Source: Eledone cirrhosa
Taxonomy: Eukaryota
DNA: 64,000 bases
Assembly (NCBI GenBank): GCA_964016885.1
Contig: OZ024743.1
Coordinates: 280,674,001 to 280,738,000 of the forward strand
Reading direction: 5' to 3'
The stretch's first letter is position 1. Each line of letters begins with the position of its first letter. The position numbers and the translations under genes are program-made. The notes beneath the pieces are model-generated. The model ran no database searches. It saw only the letters and a list, made by a program, of their open reading frames with translations, and had not been told where the DNA came from. This document shows positions 23,901-38,900 of this stretch, piece by piece.

Positions 23901-26900
23901 GGTGGATATGTTTGTGGCTACGGTGTGTATGTCGAGGTAGATATGTTTGTGGCTACGGTGAGCATGTCTGGGTAGATATGTTTGTGGCCATGGTGTGTAT
24001 GTCTGGGTAGATATGTTTGTGACCATGGTGTGCATGTCTGGGTAGATATGTTTGTGACCATGGTGTGCATGTCTGGGTAGATATGTTTGTGGCCACGGTG
24101 TGTATGTCTGGGTAGATATGTTTGTGACCATGGTGTGTATGTCTGGGTAGATATGTTTGTGACTACGGTGTGCATGTCTGGGTAGATATGTTTGTGACCA
24201 TGGTGTGTATGTCTGGGTAGATATGTTTGTGGCTACGGTGTGCATGTCTAGGTAGATATGTTTGTGGCCATGGTGTGCATGTCTGAGTAGATATGTTTGT
24301 GGCCATGGTGTGTATGTCTGGGTAGATATGTTTGTGGCCACGGTGTGTATGTCGGGGTAGATATGTTTGTGGCCATGGTGTGTATGTCTGGGTAGATATG
24401 TTTGTGACCATGGTGTGCATGTCTGGGTAGATATGTTTGTGACCATGGTGTGTATGTCGGGGTAGATATGTTTGTGACCATGGTGTGCATGTCTGCGTAG
24501 ATATGTTTGTGGCCATGGTGTGTATTTCTGGGTAGGTAGATATGTTTGTGACCATGGTGTGCATGTCTGGGTAGATATGTTTGTGACCATGGTGTGTATG
24601 TCGGGGTAGACATGTTTGTAGGCCATGGTGTGCATGTCTGGGTAGATATGTTTGTGGCCATGGTGTGTATGTCGGGGTAGATATGTTTGTGGCCATGGTG
24701 TGTATGTCTGGGTAGATATGTTTGTGGCTACGGTGTGTATGTATGGGTAGATATGTTTGTGACCATGGTGTGTATGTCGGGGTAGATATGTTTGTGGCCA
24801 TGGTGTGTATGTCGGGGTAGATATGTTTGTGACCATGGTGTGTATGTCGGGGAAGATATGTTTGTGACCATGGTGTGTATGTCTGGGTAGATATGTTTGT
24901 GGCTACGGTGTGTATGTCGGGGTAGATATGTTTGTGGCCATGGTGTGTATGTCGGGGTAGACATGTTTGTGGCTACGGTGTTTATGTCTGGGTAGATATG
25001 TTTGTGGCTACGGTGTGTATGTCGGGGTAGATATGTTTGTGGCCATGGTGTGTATGTCGGGGTAGATATGTTTGTGACCATGGTGTGTATGTCGGGGTAG
25101 ATATGTTTGTGACCATGGTGTGTATGTCGGGGTAGATATGTTTGTGACCATGGTGTGTATGTCGGGGTAGATATGTTTGTGACCATGGTGTGTATGTTGG
25201 GGTAGATATGTTTGTGACCATGGTGTGTATGTCGGGGTAGATATGTTTGTGACCCTGGTGTGCATGTCGGGGTAGATATGTTTGTGGCTACGGTGTGCAT
25301 GTCTGGGTAGATATGTTTGTGGCCACGGTGTGTATGTCTGGGTAGATATGTTTGTGATCATGGTGTGTATGTGTGGGTAGCTATGTTTGTGACCACGGTG
25401 TGTATGTCTGGGTAGATATGTTTGTGGCTACGGTGTGTATATCTGGGTAGAAATGTTTGTGCTACGGTGTACATGTCTTGGTAGATATGTTTGTGGCTAC
25501 GGTGTGTATGTCTGGGTAGATATGTTTGTGGCTATGGTGTGTATATCTGGGTAGATATGTTTGTGCTACGGTGTGCATGTCTGGGTAGATATGTTTGTGG
25601 CTACGGTGTGTATGTCGGGGTAGATATGTTTTTGACCATGTTGTGTATGTCGGGGTAGATATGTTTGTGGCTACGGTGTGTATGTCGGGGTAGATATGTT
25701 TGTGACCACGGTGTGTATGTCTGGGTAGATATGCTTGTGGCTACGGTGTGTATGTCGGGGTAGACATGGTTGTGGCCATGGTGTGTATGTCTGGGTAGAT
25801 ATGTTTGTGGCCATGGTGTGTATGTCTGGGTAGATATGTTTGTGGCTACGGTGTGTATGTCGGGGTAGACATGGTTGTGGCCATGGTGTATATGTCTGGG
25901 TAGATATGTTTGTGGCCATGGTGTGTATGTCTGGGTAGATATATTTTTGTCCACGGTGTGTATGTCTGGGTAGATATGTTTGTGGCTACGGTGTGTATGT
26001 CTGGGTAGATATGTTTGTGGCCATGGTGTGTATGTCTGGGTAGATATGTTTGTGGCCTTGGTGTGTATGTCTGGGTAGATATGTTTGTGACCATGGTGTG
26101 TATATCTGGGTAGATATCTTTGTGCTACGGTGTGTATGTCTGGGTAGATATGTTTGTGGCCATGGTGTGTGTGGCTGGGTAGATATGTTTGTGGCTACGG
26201 TGTGTATGTCCGGGTAGATATGTTTGTGGCTACGGAGTGTATGTCTGGGTAGATATGTTTGTGGCTACGGTGTGTATGTCTGGGTAGATATGTTTGTGGC
26301 CATAGTGTGCAAGTCTGGGTAGATATGTTTGTGGCTACGGTGTGTATGTCTGGGTAGATATGTCTGTGGCTACGGTGTGTATGTCGGGGTAGATATGTTT
26401 GTGGCTATGGTGTGTATGTCTGGGTAGATATGTTTGTGGCTACTGTGTGTATGTCTGGGGAGATATGTTTGTGGCTACGGTGTGTATGTCTGGGTAGATA
26501 TGTTTGTGGCTACGGTGTGTATATCTGGGTAGATATGTTTGTGCTACGGTGTGTATGTCTGGGTAGATATGTTTGTGGCTACGGTGTGTATGTCTGGGGA
26601 GATATGTTTGTGGCCATGGTGTGTATGTCTGGGTAGATATGTTTGTGGCTACGGTGTGTATGTCTGGGTAGATATGTTTGTGGCCACGGTGTGCATGTCT
26701 GGGTAGATATGTTTGTGGCCATGGTGTGCATGTCTGGGTAGATATGTTTGTGACCACGGTGTGCATGTCGGGGTAGATATGTTTGTGGCCATGGTGTGTA
26801 TGTCTGGGTAGATATGTTTGTGGGCATGGTGTGTATGTCGGGGTAGATATGTTTGTGGCCATGGTGTGTATGCCTGGGTAGATATGTTTGTGGCTACGGT

Positions 26901-29900
26901 GTGTATGTCGGGGTAGATATGTTTGTGGCTACGGTGTGCATGTCTGGGTAGATATGTTTGTGGCCATGGTGTGTATGTCTGGGTAGATATGTTTGTGACC
27001 ATGGTGTGCATGTCTGGGTAGATATGTTTGTGACCATGGTGTGCATGTCTGGGTAGATATGTTTGTGGCCACGGTGTGTATGTCTGGGTAGATATGTTTG
27101 TGAGCATGGTGTGTATGTCTGGGTAGATATGTTTGTGGCTACGGTGTGCATGTCTGGGTAGATATGTTTGTGACCATGGTGTGTATGCCTGGGTAGATAT
27201 GTTTGTGGCTACGGTGTGCATGTCTGGGTAGATATGTTTGTGGCCATGGTGTGCATGTCTGGGTAGATATATTTGTGGCCATGGTGTGTATGTCTGGGTA
27301 GATATGTTTGTGGCCACGGTGTGTATGTCGGGGTAGATATGTTTGTGGCCATGGTGTGTATGTCTGGGTAGATATGTTTGTGACCATGGTGTGCATGTCT
27401 GAGTAGATATGTGTGTGACCATGGTGTGTATGTCGGGGTAGATATGTTTGTGACCATGGTGTGCATGTCTGGGTAGATATGTTTGTGACCATGGTGTGCA
27501 TGTCTGGGTAGATATGTTTGTGGCCACGGTGTGTATGTCTGGGTAGATATGTTTGTGAGCATGGTGTGTATGTCTGGGTAGATATGTTTGTGGCTACGGT
27601 GTGCATGTCTGGGTAGATATGTTTGTGACCATGGTGTGTATGCCTGGGTAGATATGTTTGTGGCTACGGTGTGCATGTCTGGGTAGATATGTTTGTGGCC
27701 ATGGTGTGCATGTCTGGGTAGATATATTTGTGGCCATGGTGTGTATGTCTGGGTAGATATGTTTGTGGCCACGGTGTGTATGTCGTGGTAGATATGTTTG
27801 TGGCCATGGTGTGTATGTCTGGGTAGATATGTTTGTGACCATGGTGTGCATGTCTGAGTAGATATGTGTGTGACCATGGTGTGTATGTCGGGGTAGATAT
27901 GTTTGTGGCCATGGTGTGTATGTCTGGGTAGGTAGATATGTTTGTGACCATGGTGTTCATGTCTGGGTAGATATGTTTGTGACCATGGTGTGTATGTCGG
28001 GGTAGATATGTTTGTGGCCACGGTGTGTATGTCTGGGTAGATATGTTTGTGGCCATGGTGTGTATGTCTGGGTAGATATGTTTGTGACCATGGTGTGAAT
28101 GTCGGGGTAGATATGTTTGTGGCTACGGTGTGTATGTCGGGGTAGATATGTTTGTGGCTACGGTGTGTATGTCTCGGTAGATATGTTTGTGGCCATGGTG
28201 TGCATGTCTGGGTAGATATGTTTGTGGCCATGGTGTGTATGTCGGGGTAGATATGTTTGTGGCTACGGTGTGTATGTCGGGGTAGATATGTTTGTGGCTA
28301 CGGTGTGTATGTCGGGTAGATGTGTTTGTGGCTACGGTGTGTATGTCTGGGTAGATATGTTTGTGACCATGGTGTGTATGTCAGGGTAGATATGTTTGTG
28401 ACCATGGTGTGTATGTCGGGGTAGATATGTTTGTGACCATGGTGTGTATGTCGGGGTAGATATGTTTGTGGCCATGGTGTGTATGTCTGGGTAGATATGT
28501 TTGTGGCTACGGTGTGTATGTCTGGGTAGATATGTTTGTGACCATGGTGTGTATGTCGGGGTAGATATGTTTGTGGCCATGGTGTGTATGTCCGGGTAGA
28601 TATGTTTGTGGCCACGGTGTGTATGTCGGGGTAGATATGTTTGTGACCATGGTGTGTATGTCGGGGTAGATATGTTTGTGACCATGGTGTGTATGTCGGG
28701 GTAGACATGTTTGTGGCCATGGTGTGTATGTCGGGGTAGACATGTTTGTGGATACGGTGTGTATGTCTGGGTAGATATGTTTGTGGCTACGGTGTGTATG
28801 TCGGGGTAGATATGTTTGTGGCCATGGTGTGTATGTCGGGGTAGATACGTTTGTGACCATGGTGTGTATGTCGGGGTAGATATGTTTGTGACCATGTTGT
28901 GTATGTCGGGGTAGATATGTTTGTGGCCATGGTGTGTATGTCGGGGTAGATATGTTTGTGGCCATGGTGTGTATGTCGGGGTAGATATGTTTGTGACCAT
29001 GGTGTGTATGTCGGGGTAGATATGTTTGTGGCTACGGTGTGCATGTCTGGGTAGATATGTTTGTGGCCACGGTGTGTATGTTTGGGTAGATATGTTTGTG
29101 ATCATGGTGTGTATGTGTGGGTAGCTACGTTTGTGACCACTGTGTGTATGTCTGAGTAGATATGTTTGTGGCTACGGTGTGTATATCTGGGTAGATATGT
29201 TTGTGCTACGGTGTGCATGTCTGGGTAGATATGTTTGTGGCTACGGTGTGTATGTCGGGGTAGATATGTTTTTGACCATGGTGCCTATGTCTGGGTAGAT
29301 ATGTTTGTGGCCATCGTGTGTATGTCGGGGTAGATATGTTTGTGGCTACGGTGTGTATGTCGGGGTAGATATGTTTGTGACCACGGTGTGTATGTCTGGG
29401 TAGATATGTTTGTGGCTACGGTGTGTATGTCTGGGTAGACATGGTTGTGGCCATGGTGTGTATGTCTGGGTAGATATGTTTGTGGCCATGGTGTGCATGT
29501 CTGGGTAGATATGTTTGTGGCTACGGTGTGTATGTCTGGGTAGATATGTTTGTGGCCATGGTGTGCATGTCTGGGTAGATATGTTTGTGGCTACGGTGTG
29601 TATGTCTGGGTAGATATGTCTGTGGCTACGGTGTGTATGTCGGGGTAGATATGTTTGTGGCTATGGTGTGTATGTCTGGGTAGATATGTTTGTGTCTACG
29701 GTGTGTATGTCTGGGGAGATATGTTTGTGGCTACGGTGTGTATGTCTGGGTAGATATGTTTGTGGCTACGGTGTGTATATCTGGGTAGATATGTTTGTGC
29801 TACGGTGTGTATGTCCGGGTAGATATGTTTGTGGCTACGGTGTGTATGTCTGGGGAGATATATTTGTGGCCATGGTGTGTATGTTTGGGTAGATATGTTT

Positions 29901-32900
29901 GTGGCTACGGTGTGTATGTCTGGGTAGATATGTTTGTGGCCACGGTGTGCATGTCTGGGTTGATATGTTTGTGGCCATGGTGTTCATGTCTGGGTAAATA
30001 TGTTTGTGACCACGGTGTGAATGTCGGGGTAGATATTTTTGTGGCCATGTTGTGTATGTCTGGGTAGATATGTTTGTGGCCATGGTGTGTATGTCGGGGT
30101 AGATATGTTTGTGGCCATGGTGTGTATGTCTGGGTAGATATGTTTGTGGCTACGGTGTGTATGTCGAGGTAGATATGTTTGTGGCTACGGTGTGCATGTC
30201 TGGGTAGATATGTTTGTGACCATGGTGTGTATGTCTGGGTAGATATGTTTGTGGCTACGGTGTGCATGTCTGGGTAGATATGTTTGTGGCCATGGTGTGC
30301 ATGTCTGGGTAGATATGTTTGTGGCCATGGTGTGTATGTCTGGGTAGATATGTTTGTGGCCACGGTGTGTATGTCGGGGTAGATATGTTTGTGGCCATGG
30401 TGTGTATGTCAGGGTAGATATGTTTGTGACCATGGTGTGCATGTCTGGGTAGATATGTTTGTGACCATGGTGTGTATGTCGGGGTAGATATGTTTGTGAC
30501 CATGGTGTGCATGTCTGGGTAGATATGTTTGTGGCCATGGTGTGTATATCTGGGTAGGTAGATATGTTTGTGACCATGGTGTGCATGTCTGGGTAGATAT
30601 GTTTGTGACCATGGTGTGTATGTCGGGGTAGACATGTTTGTGGCCATGGTGTGCATGTCTGGGTAGATATGTTTGTGGCCATGGTGTGTATTTCGGGGTA
30701 GATATGTTTGTGGCCATGGTGTGTATGTCTGGGTAGATATGTTTGTAGCTACGGTGTGTATGTATGGGTAGATATGTTTGTGACCATGGTGTGTATGTCG
30801 GGGTAGATATGTTTGTGGCCATGGTGTGTATGTCGGGGTAGATATGTTTGTGACCATGGTGTGTATGTCGGGGTAGATATGTTTGTGACCAAGGTGTGTA
30901 TGTCGGGGTAGATATGTTTGTGGCCATGGTGTGTATGTCGGGGTAGACATGTTTGTGGCTACGGTGTGTATGTCTGGGTAGATATGTTTGTGGCAACGGT
31001 GTGTATGTCGGGGTAGATATGTTTGTGGCCATGGTGTGTATGTCGGAGTAGATATGTTTGTGACCATGGTGTGTATGTCGGGGTAGATATGTTTGTGACC
31101 ATGGTGTGTATGTCGGGGTAGATATGTTTGTGACCATGGTGTGTATGTCGGGGTAGATATGTTTGTGACCATGGTGTGTATGTCGGGGTAGATATGTTTG
31201 TGACCATGGTGTGTATGTCGGGGTAGATATGTTTGTGGCCATGGTGTGTATGTCGGGGTAGATATGTTTGTGACCATGGTGTGCATGTCTGGGTAGATAT
31301 GTTTGTGGCCACGGTGTGTATGTCTGGGTAGATATGTTTGTGAGCATGGTGTGTATGTCTGGGTAGATATGTTTGTGGCTACGGTGTGCATGTCTGGGTA
31401 GATATGTTTGTGACCATGGTGTGTATGCCTGGGTAGATATGTTTGTGGCTACGGTGTGCATGTCTGGGTAGATATGTTTGTGGCCATGGTGTGCATGTCT
31501 GGGTAGATATATTTGTGGCCATGGTGTGTATGTCTGGGTAGATATGTTTGTGGCCACGGTGTGTATGTCGGGGTAGATATGTTTGTGGCCATGGTGTGTA
31601 TGTCTGGGTAGATATGTTTGTGACCATGGTGTGCATGTCTGAGTAGATATGTGTGTGACCATGGTGTGTATGTCGGGGTAGATATGTTTGTGACCATGGT
31701 GTGCATGTCTGGGTAGATATGTTTGTGGCCATGGTGTGTATGTCTGGGTAGGTAGATATGTTTGTGACCATGGTGTTCATGTCTGGGTAGATATGTTTGT
31801 GACCATGGTGTGTATGTCGGGGTAGATATGTTTGTGGCCACGGTGTGTATGTCTGGGTAGATATGTTTGTGGCCATGGTGTGTATGTCTAGGTAGATATG
31901 TTTGTGACCATGGTGTGAATGTCGGGGTAGATATGTTTGTGGCTACGGTGTGTATGTCGGGGTAGATATGTTTGTGGCTACGGTGTGTATGTCGGGGTAG
32001 ATATGTTTGTGGCTACGGTGTGTATGTCGGGGTAGATATGTTTGTGGCCATGGTGTGTATGTCTGGGTAGATATGTCTGTGGCCATGGTGTGTATGTCCG
32101 GGTAGATATGTTTGTGGCTACGGTGTGTATGTGTGGGTAGATATGTTTGTGGCTACGGTGTGTATGTCGGGTAGATATGTTTGTGGCTACGGTGTGTATG
32201 TCTGGGTAGATATGTTTGTGACCATGGTGTGTATGTCAGGGTAGATATGTTTGTGACCATGGTGTGTATGTCGGGGTAGATATGTTTGTGACCATGGTGT
32301 GTATGTCGGGGTAGATATGTTTGTGGCCATGGTGTGTATGTCTGGGTAGATATGTTTGTGGCTACGGTGTGTATGTCTGGGTAGATATGTTTGTGACCAT
32401 GGTGTGTATGTCGGGGTAGATATGTTTGTGGCCATGGTGTGTATGTCCGGGTAGATATGTTTGTGGCCACGGTGTGTATGTCGGGGTAGATATGTTTGCG
32501 ACCATGGTGTGTATGTCGGGGTAGATATGTTTGTGGCCATGGTGTGTATGTCGGGGTAGATATGTTTGTGACCATGGTGTGTATGTCGGGGTAGATATGT
32601 TTGTGACCATGGTGTGTATGTCGGGGTAGATATGTTTGTGGCCATGGTGTGTATGTCTGGGTAGATATGTTTGTGGCTACGGTGTGTATGTCTGGGTAGA
32701 TATGTTTGTGACCATGGTGTGTATGTCGGGGTAGATATGTTTGTGGCCATGGTGTGTATGTCGGGGTAGATATGTTTGTGACCATGGTGTGTATGTCGGG
32801 GTAGATATGTTTGTGACCATGGTGTGTATGTCGGGGTAGATATGTTTGTGGCCATGGTGTGTATGTCGGGGTAGACATGTTTGTGGCTACGGTGTGTATG

Positions 32901-35900
32901 TCTGGGTAGATATGTTTGTGGCTACGGTGTGTATGTCGGGGTAGATATGTTTGTGGCCATGGTGTGTATGTCTGGGTAGATATGTTTGTGGCCACGGTGT
33001 GTATGTCGGGGTAGATATGTTTGTGGCCATGGTGTGTATGTCTGGGTAGATATGTTTGTGACCATGGTGTGCATGTCTGAGTAGATATGTGTGTGACCAT
33101 GGTGTGTATGTCGGGGTAGATATGTTTGTGACCATGGTGTGCATGTCTGGGTAGATATGTTTGTGGCCATGGTGTGTATGTCTGGGTAGGTAGATATGTT
33201 TGTGACCATGGTGTTCATGTCTGGGTAGATATGTTTGTGACCATGGTGTGTATTTCGGGGTAGATATGTTTGTGGCCACGGTGTGTATGTCTGGGTAGAT
33301 ATGTTTGTGGCCATGGTGTGTATGTCTAGGTAGATATGTTTGTGACCATGGTGTGAATGTCGGGGTAGATATGTTTGTGGCTACGGTGTGTATGTCGGGG
33401 TAGATATGTTTGTGGCTACGGTGTGTATGTCGGGGTAGATATGTTTGTGGCTACGGTGTGTATGTCGGGGTAGATATGTTTGTGGCCATGGTGTGTATGT
33501 CTGGGTAGATATGTCTGTGGCCATGGTGTGTATGTCCGGGTAGATATGTTTGTGGCTACGGTGTGTATGTGTGGGTAGATATGTTTGTGGCTACGGTGTG
33601 TATGTCGGGTAGATATGTTTGTGGCTACGGTGTGTATGTCTGGGTAGATATATTTGTGACCATGGTGTGTATGTCAGGGTAGATATGTTTGTGACCATGG
33701 TGTGTATGTCGGGGTAGATATGTTTGTGACCATGGTGTGTATGTCGGGGTAGATATGTTTGTGGCCATGGTGTGTATGTCTGGGTAGATATGTTTGTGGC
33801 TACGGTGTGTATGTCTGGGTAGATATGTTTGTGACCATGGTGTGTATGTCGGGGTAGATATGTTTGTGGCCATGGTGTGTATGTCCGGGTAGATATGTTT
33901 GTGGCCACGGTGTGTATGTCGGGGTAGATATGTTTGTGACCATGGTGTGTATGTCGGGGTAGATATGTTTGTGGCCATGGTGTGTATGTCGGGGTAGATA
34001 TGTTTGTGACCATGGTGTGTATGTCGGGGTAGATATGTTTGTGACCATGGTGTGTATGTCGGGGTAGATATGTTTGTGGCCATGGTGTGTATGTCTGGGT
34101 AGATATGTTTGTGGCTACGGTGTGTATGTCTGGGTAGATATGTTTGTGACCATGGTGTGTATGTCGGGGTAGATATGTTTGTGGCCATGGTGTGTATGTC
34201 GGGGTAGATATGTTTGTGACCATGGTGTGTATGTCGGGGTAGATATGTTTGTGACCATGGTGTGTATGTCGGGGTAGATATGTTTGTGGCCATGGTGTGT
34301 ATGTCGGGGTAGACATGTTTGTGGCTACGGTGTGTATGTCTGGGTAGATATGTTTGTGGCTACGGTGTGTATGTCGGGGTAGATATGTTTGTGGCCATGG
34401 TGTGTATGTCGGAGTAGATATGTTTGTGACCATGGTGTGTATGTCGGGGTAGATATGTTTGTGACCATGGTGTGTATGTCGGGGTAGATATGTTTGTGAC
34501 CATGGTGTGTATGTCGGGGTAGATATGTTTGTGACCATGGTGTGTATGTCGGGGTAGATATGTTTGTGACCATGGTGTGTATGTCGGGGTAGATATGTTT
34601 GTGGCCATGGTGTGTATGTCGGGGTAGATATGTTTGTGACCATGGTGTGCATGTCTGGGTAGATATGTTTGTGGCCACGGTGTGTATGTCTGGGTAGATA
34701 TGTTTGTGAGCATGGTGTGTATGTCTGGGTAGATATGTTTGTGGCTACGGTGTGCATGTCTGGGTAGATATGTTTGTGACCATGGTGTGTATGCCTGGGT
34801 AGATATGTTTGTGGCTACGGTGTGCATGTCTGGGTAGATATGTTTGTGGCCATGGTGTGCATGTCTGGGTAGATATATTTGTGGCCATGGTGTGTATGTC
34901 TGGGTAGATATGTTTGTGGCCACGGTGTGTATGTCGGGGTAGATATGTTTGTGGCCATGGTGTGTATGTCTGGGTAGATATGTTTGTGACCATGGTGTGC
35001 ATGTCTGAGTAGATATGTGTGTGACCATGGTGTGTATGTCGGGGTAGATATGTTTGTGACCATGGTGTGCATGTCTGGGTAGATATGTTTGTGGCCATGG
35101 TGTGTATGTCTGGGTAGGTAGATATGTTTGTGACCATGGTGTTCATGTCTGGGTAGATATGTTTGTGACCATGGTGTGTATGTCGGGGTAGATATGTTTG
35201 TGGCCACGGTGTGTATGTCTGGGTAGATATGTTTGTGGCCATGGTGTGTATGTCTAGGTAGATATGTTTGTGACCATGGCGTGAATGTCGGGGTAGATAT
35301 GTTTGTGGCTACGGTGTGTATGTCGGGGTAGATATGTTTGTGGCTACGGTGTGTATGTCGGGGTAGATATGTTTGTGGCTACGGTGTGTATGTCGGGGTA
35401 GATATGTTTGTGGCCATGGTGTGTATGTCTGGGTAGATATGTCTGTGGCCATGGTGTGTATGTCCAGGTAGATATGTTTGTGGCTACGGTGTGTATGTGT
35501 GGGTAGATATGTTTGTGGCTACGGTGTGTATGTCGGGTAGATATGTTTGTGGCTACGGTGTGTATGTCTGGGTAGATATGTTTGTGACCATGGTGTGTAT
35601 GTCAGGGTAGATATGTTTGTGACCATGGTGTGTATGTCGGGGTAGATATGTTTGTGACCATGGTGTGTATGTCGGGGTAGATATGTTTGTGGCCATGGTG
35701 TGTATGTCTGGGTAGATATGTTTGTGGCTACGGTGTGTATGTCTGGGTAGATATGTTTGTGACCATGGTGTGTATGTCGGGGTAGATATGTTTGTGGCCA
35801 TGGTGTGTATGTCCGGGTAGATATGTTTGTGGCCACGGTGTGTATGTCGGGGTAGATATGTTTGTGACCATGGTGTGTATGTCGGGGTAGATATGTTTGT

Positions 35901-38900
35901 GACCATGGTGTGTATGTCGGGGTAGACATGTTTGTGGCCATGGTGTGTATGTCGGGGTAGACATGTTTGTGGATACGGTGTGTATGTCTGGGTAGATATG
36001 TTTGTGGCTACGGTGTGTATGTCGGGGTAGATATGTTTGTGGCCATGGTGTGTATGTCGGGGTAGATATGTTTGTGACCATGGTGTGTATGTCGGTGTAG
36101 ATATGTTTGTGACCATGGTGTGTATGTCGGGGTAGATATGTTTGTGGCCATGGTGTGTATGTCGGGGTAGATATGTTTGTGGCCATGGTGTGTATGTCGG
36201 GGTAGATATGTTTGTGACCATGGTGTGTATGTCGGGGTAGATATGTTTGTGGCTACGGTGTGCATGTCTGGGTAGATATGTTTGTGGCCACGGTGTGTAT
36301 GTTTGGGTAGATATGTTTGTGATCATCGTGTGTATGTGTGGGTAGCTACGTTTGTGACCACTGTGTGTATGTCTGAGTAGATATGTTTGTGGCTACGGTG
36401 TGTATATCTGGGTAGATATGTTTGTGCTACGGTGTGCATGTCTGGGTAGATATGTTTGTGGCTACGGTGTGTATGTCGGGGTAGATATGTTTTTGACCAT
36501 GGTGCCTATGTCGGGGTAGATATGTTTGTGGCCATCGTGTGTATGTCGGGGTAGATATGTTTGTGGCTACGGTGTGTATGTCGGGGTAGATATGTTTGTG
36601 ACCACGGTGTGTATGTCTGGGTAGATATGTTTGTGGCTACGGTGTGTATGTCTGGGTAGACATGGTTGTGGCCATGGTGTGTATGTCTGGGTAGATATGT
36701 TTGTGGCCATGGTGTGCATGTCTGGTTAGATATGTTTGTGGCTACGGTGTGTATGTCTGGGTAGATATGTTTGTGGCCATGGTGTGCATGTCTGGGTAGA
36801 TATGTTTGTGGCTACGGTGTGTATGTCTGGGTAGATATGTCTGTGGCTACGGTGTGTATGTCGGGGTAGATATGTTTGTGGCTATGGTGTGTATGTCTGG
36901 GTAGATATGTTTGTGGCTACGGTGTGTATGTCTGGGAAGATATGTTTGTGGCTACGGTGTGTATGTCTGGGTAGATATGTTTGTGGCTACGGTGTTTATA
37001 TCTGGGTAGATATGTTTGTGCTACGGTGTGTATGTCTGGGTAGATATGTTTGTGGCTACGGTGTGTATGTCTGGGGAGATATATTTGTGGCCATGGTGTG
37101 TATGTTTGGGTAGATATGTTTGTGGCTACGGTGTGTATGTCTGGGTAGATATGTTTGTGGCCATGGTGTTCATGTCTGGGTAAATATGTTTGTGACCACG
37201 GTGTGAATGTCGGGGTAGATATGTTTGTGGCCATGTTGTGTATGTCTGGGTAGATATGTTTGTGGCCATGGTGTGTATGTCGGGGTAGATATGTTTGTGG
37301 CCATGGTGTGTATGTCGGGGTAGATATGTTTGTGGCCATGGTGTGTATGTCTGGGTAGATATGTTTGTGGCTACGGTGTGTATGTCGAGGTAGATATGTT
37401 TGTGGCTACGGTGTGCATGTCTGGGTAGATATGTTTGTGACCATGGTGTGTATGTCTGGGTAGATATGTTTGTGGCTACGGTGTGCATGTCTGGGTAGAT
37501 ATGTTTGTGGCCATGGTGTGCATGTCTGGGTAGATATGTTTGTGGCCATGGTGTGTATGTCTGGGTAGATATGTTTGTGGCCACGGTGTGTATGTCGGGG
37601 TAGATATGTTTGTGGCCATGGTGTGTATGTCAGGGTAGATATGTTTGTGACCATGGTGTGCATGTCTGGGTAGATATGTTTGTGACCATGGTGTGTATGT
37701 CGGGGTAGATATGTTTGTGACCATGGTGTGCATGTCTGGGTAGATATGTTTGTGGCCATGGTGTGTATATCTGGGTAGGTAGATATGTTTGTGACCATGG
37801 TGTGCATGTCTGGGTAGATATGTTTGTGACCATGGTGTGTATGTCGGGGTAGACATGTTTGTGGCCATGGTGTGCATGTCTGGGTAGATATGTTTGTGGC
37901 CATGGTGTGTATGTCGGGGTAGATATGTTTGTGGCCATGGTGTGTATGTCTGGGTAGATATGTTTGTGGCTACGGTGTGTATGTATGGGTAGATGTGTTT
38001 GTGACCATGGTGTGTATGTCGGGGTAGATATGTTTGTGGCCATGGTGTGTATGTCGGGGTAGATATGTTTGTGACGATGGTGTGTATGTCGGGGTAGATA
38101 TGTTTGTGACCATGGTGTGTATGTCGGGGTAGATATGTTTGTGGCCATGGTGTGTATGTCGGGGTAGACATGTTTGTGGCTACGGTGTGTATGTCTGGGT
38201 AGATATGTTTGTGGCTACGGTGTGTATGTCGGGGTAGATATGTTTGTGGCCATGGTGTGTATGTCGGAGTAGATATGTTTGTGACCATGGTGTGTATGTC
38301 GGGGTAGATATGTTTGTGACCATGGTGTGTATGTCGGGGTAGATATGTTTGTGACCATGGTGTGTATGTCGGGGTAGATATGTTTGTGACCATGGTGTGT
38401 ATGTCGGGGTAGATATGTTTGTGACCATGGTGTGTATGTCGGGGTAGATATGTTTGTGGCCATGGTGTGTATGTCGGGGTAGATATGTTTGTGACCATGG
38501 TGTGCATGTCGGGGTAGATATGTTTGTGGCTACGGTGTGCATGTCTGGGTAGATATGTTTGTGGCCACGGTGTGTATGTCTGGGTAGATATGTTTGTGAT
38601 TATGGTGTGTATGTGTGGGTAGCTATGTTTGTGACCACGGTGTGTATGTCTGGGTAGATATGTTTGTGGCTACGGTGTGTATATCTGGGTAGATATGTTT
38701 GTGCTACGGTGTGCATGTCTGGGTAGATATGTTTGTGGCTACGGTGTGTATGTCGGGGTAGATATGTTTTTGACCATGCTGTGTATGTCGGGGTAGATAT
38801 GTTTGTGGCTACGGTGTGTATGTCGGGGTAGATATGTTCGTGACCACGGTGTGTATGTCTGGGTAGATATGTTTGTGGCTACGGTGTGTATGTCGGGGTA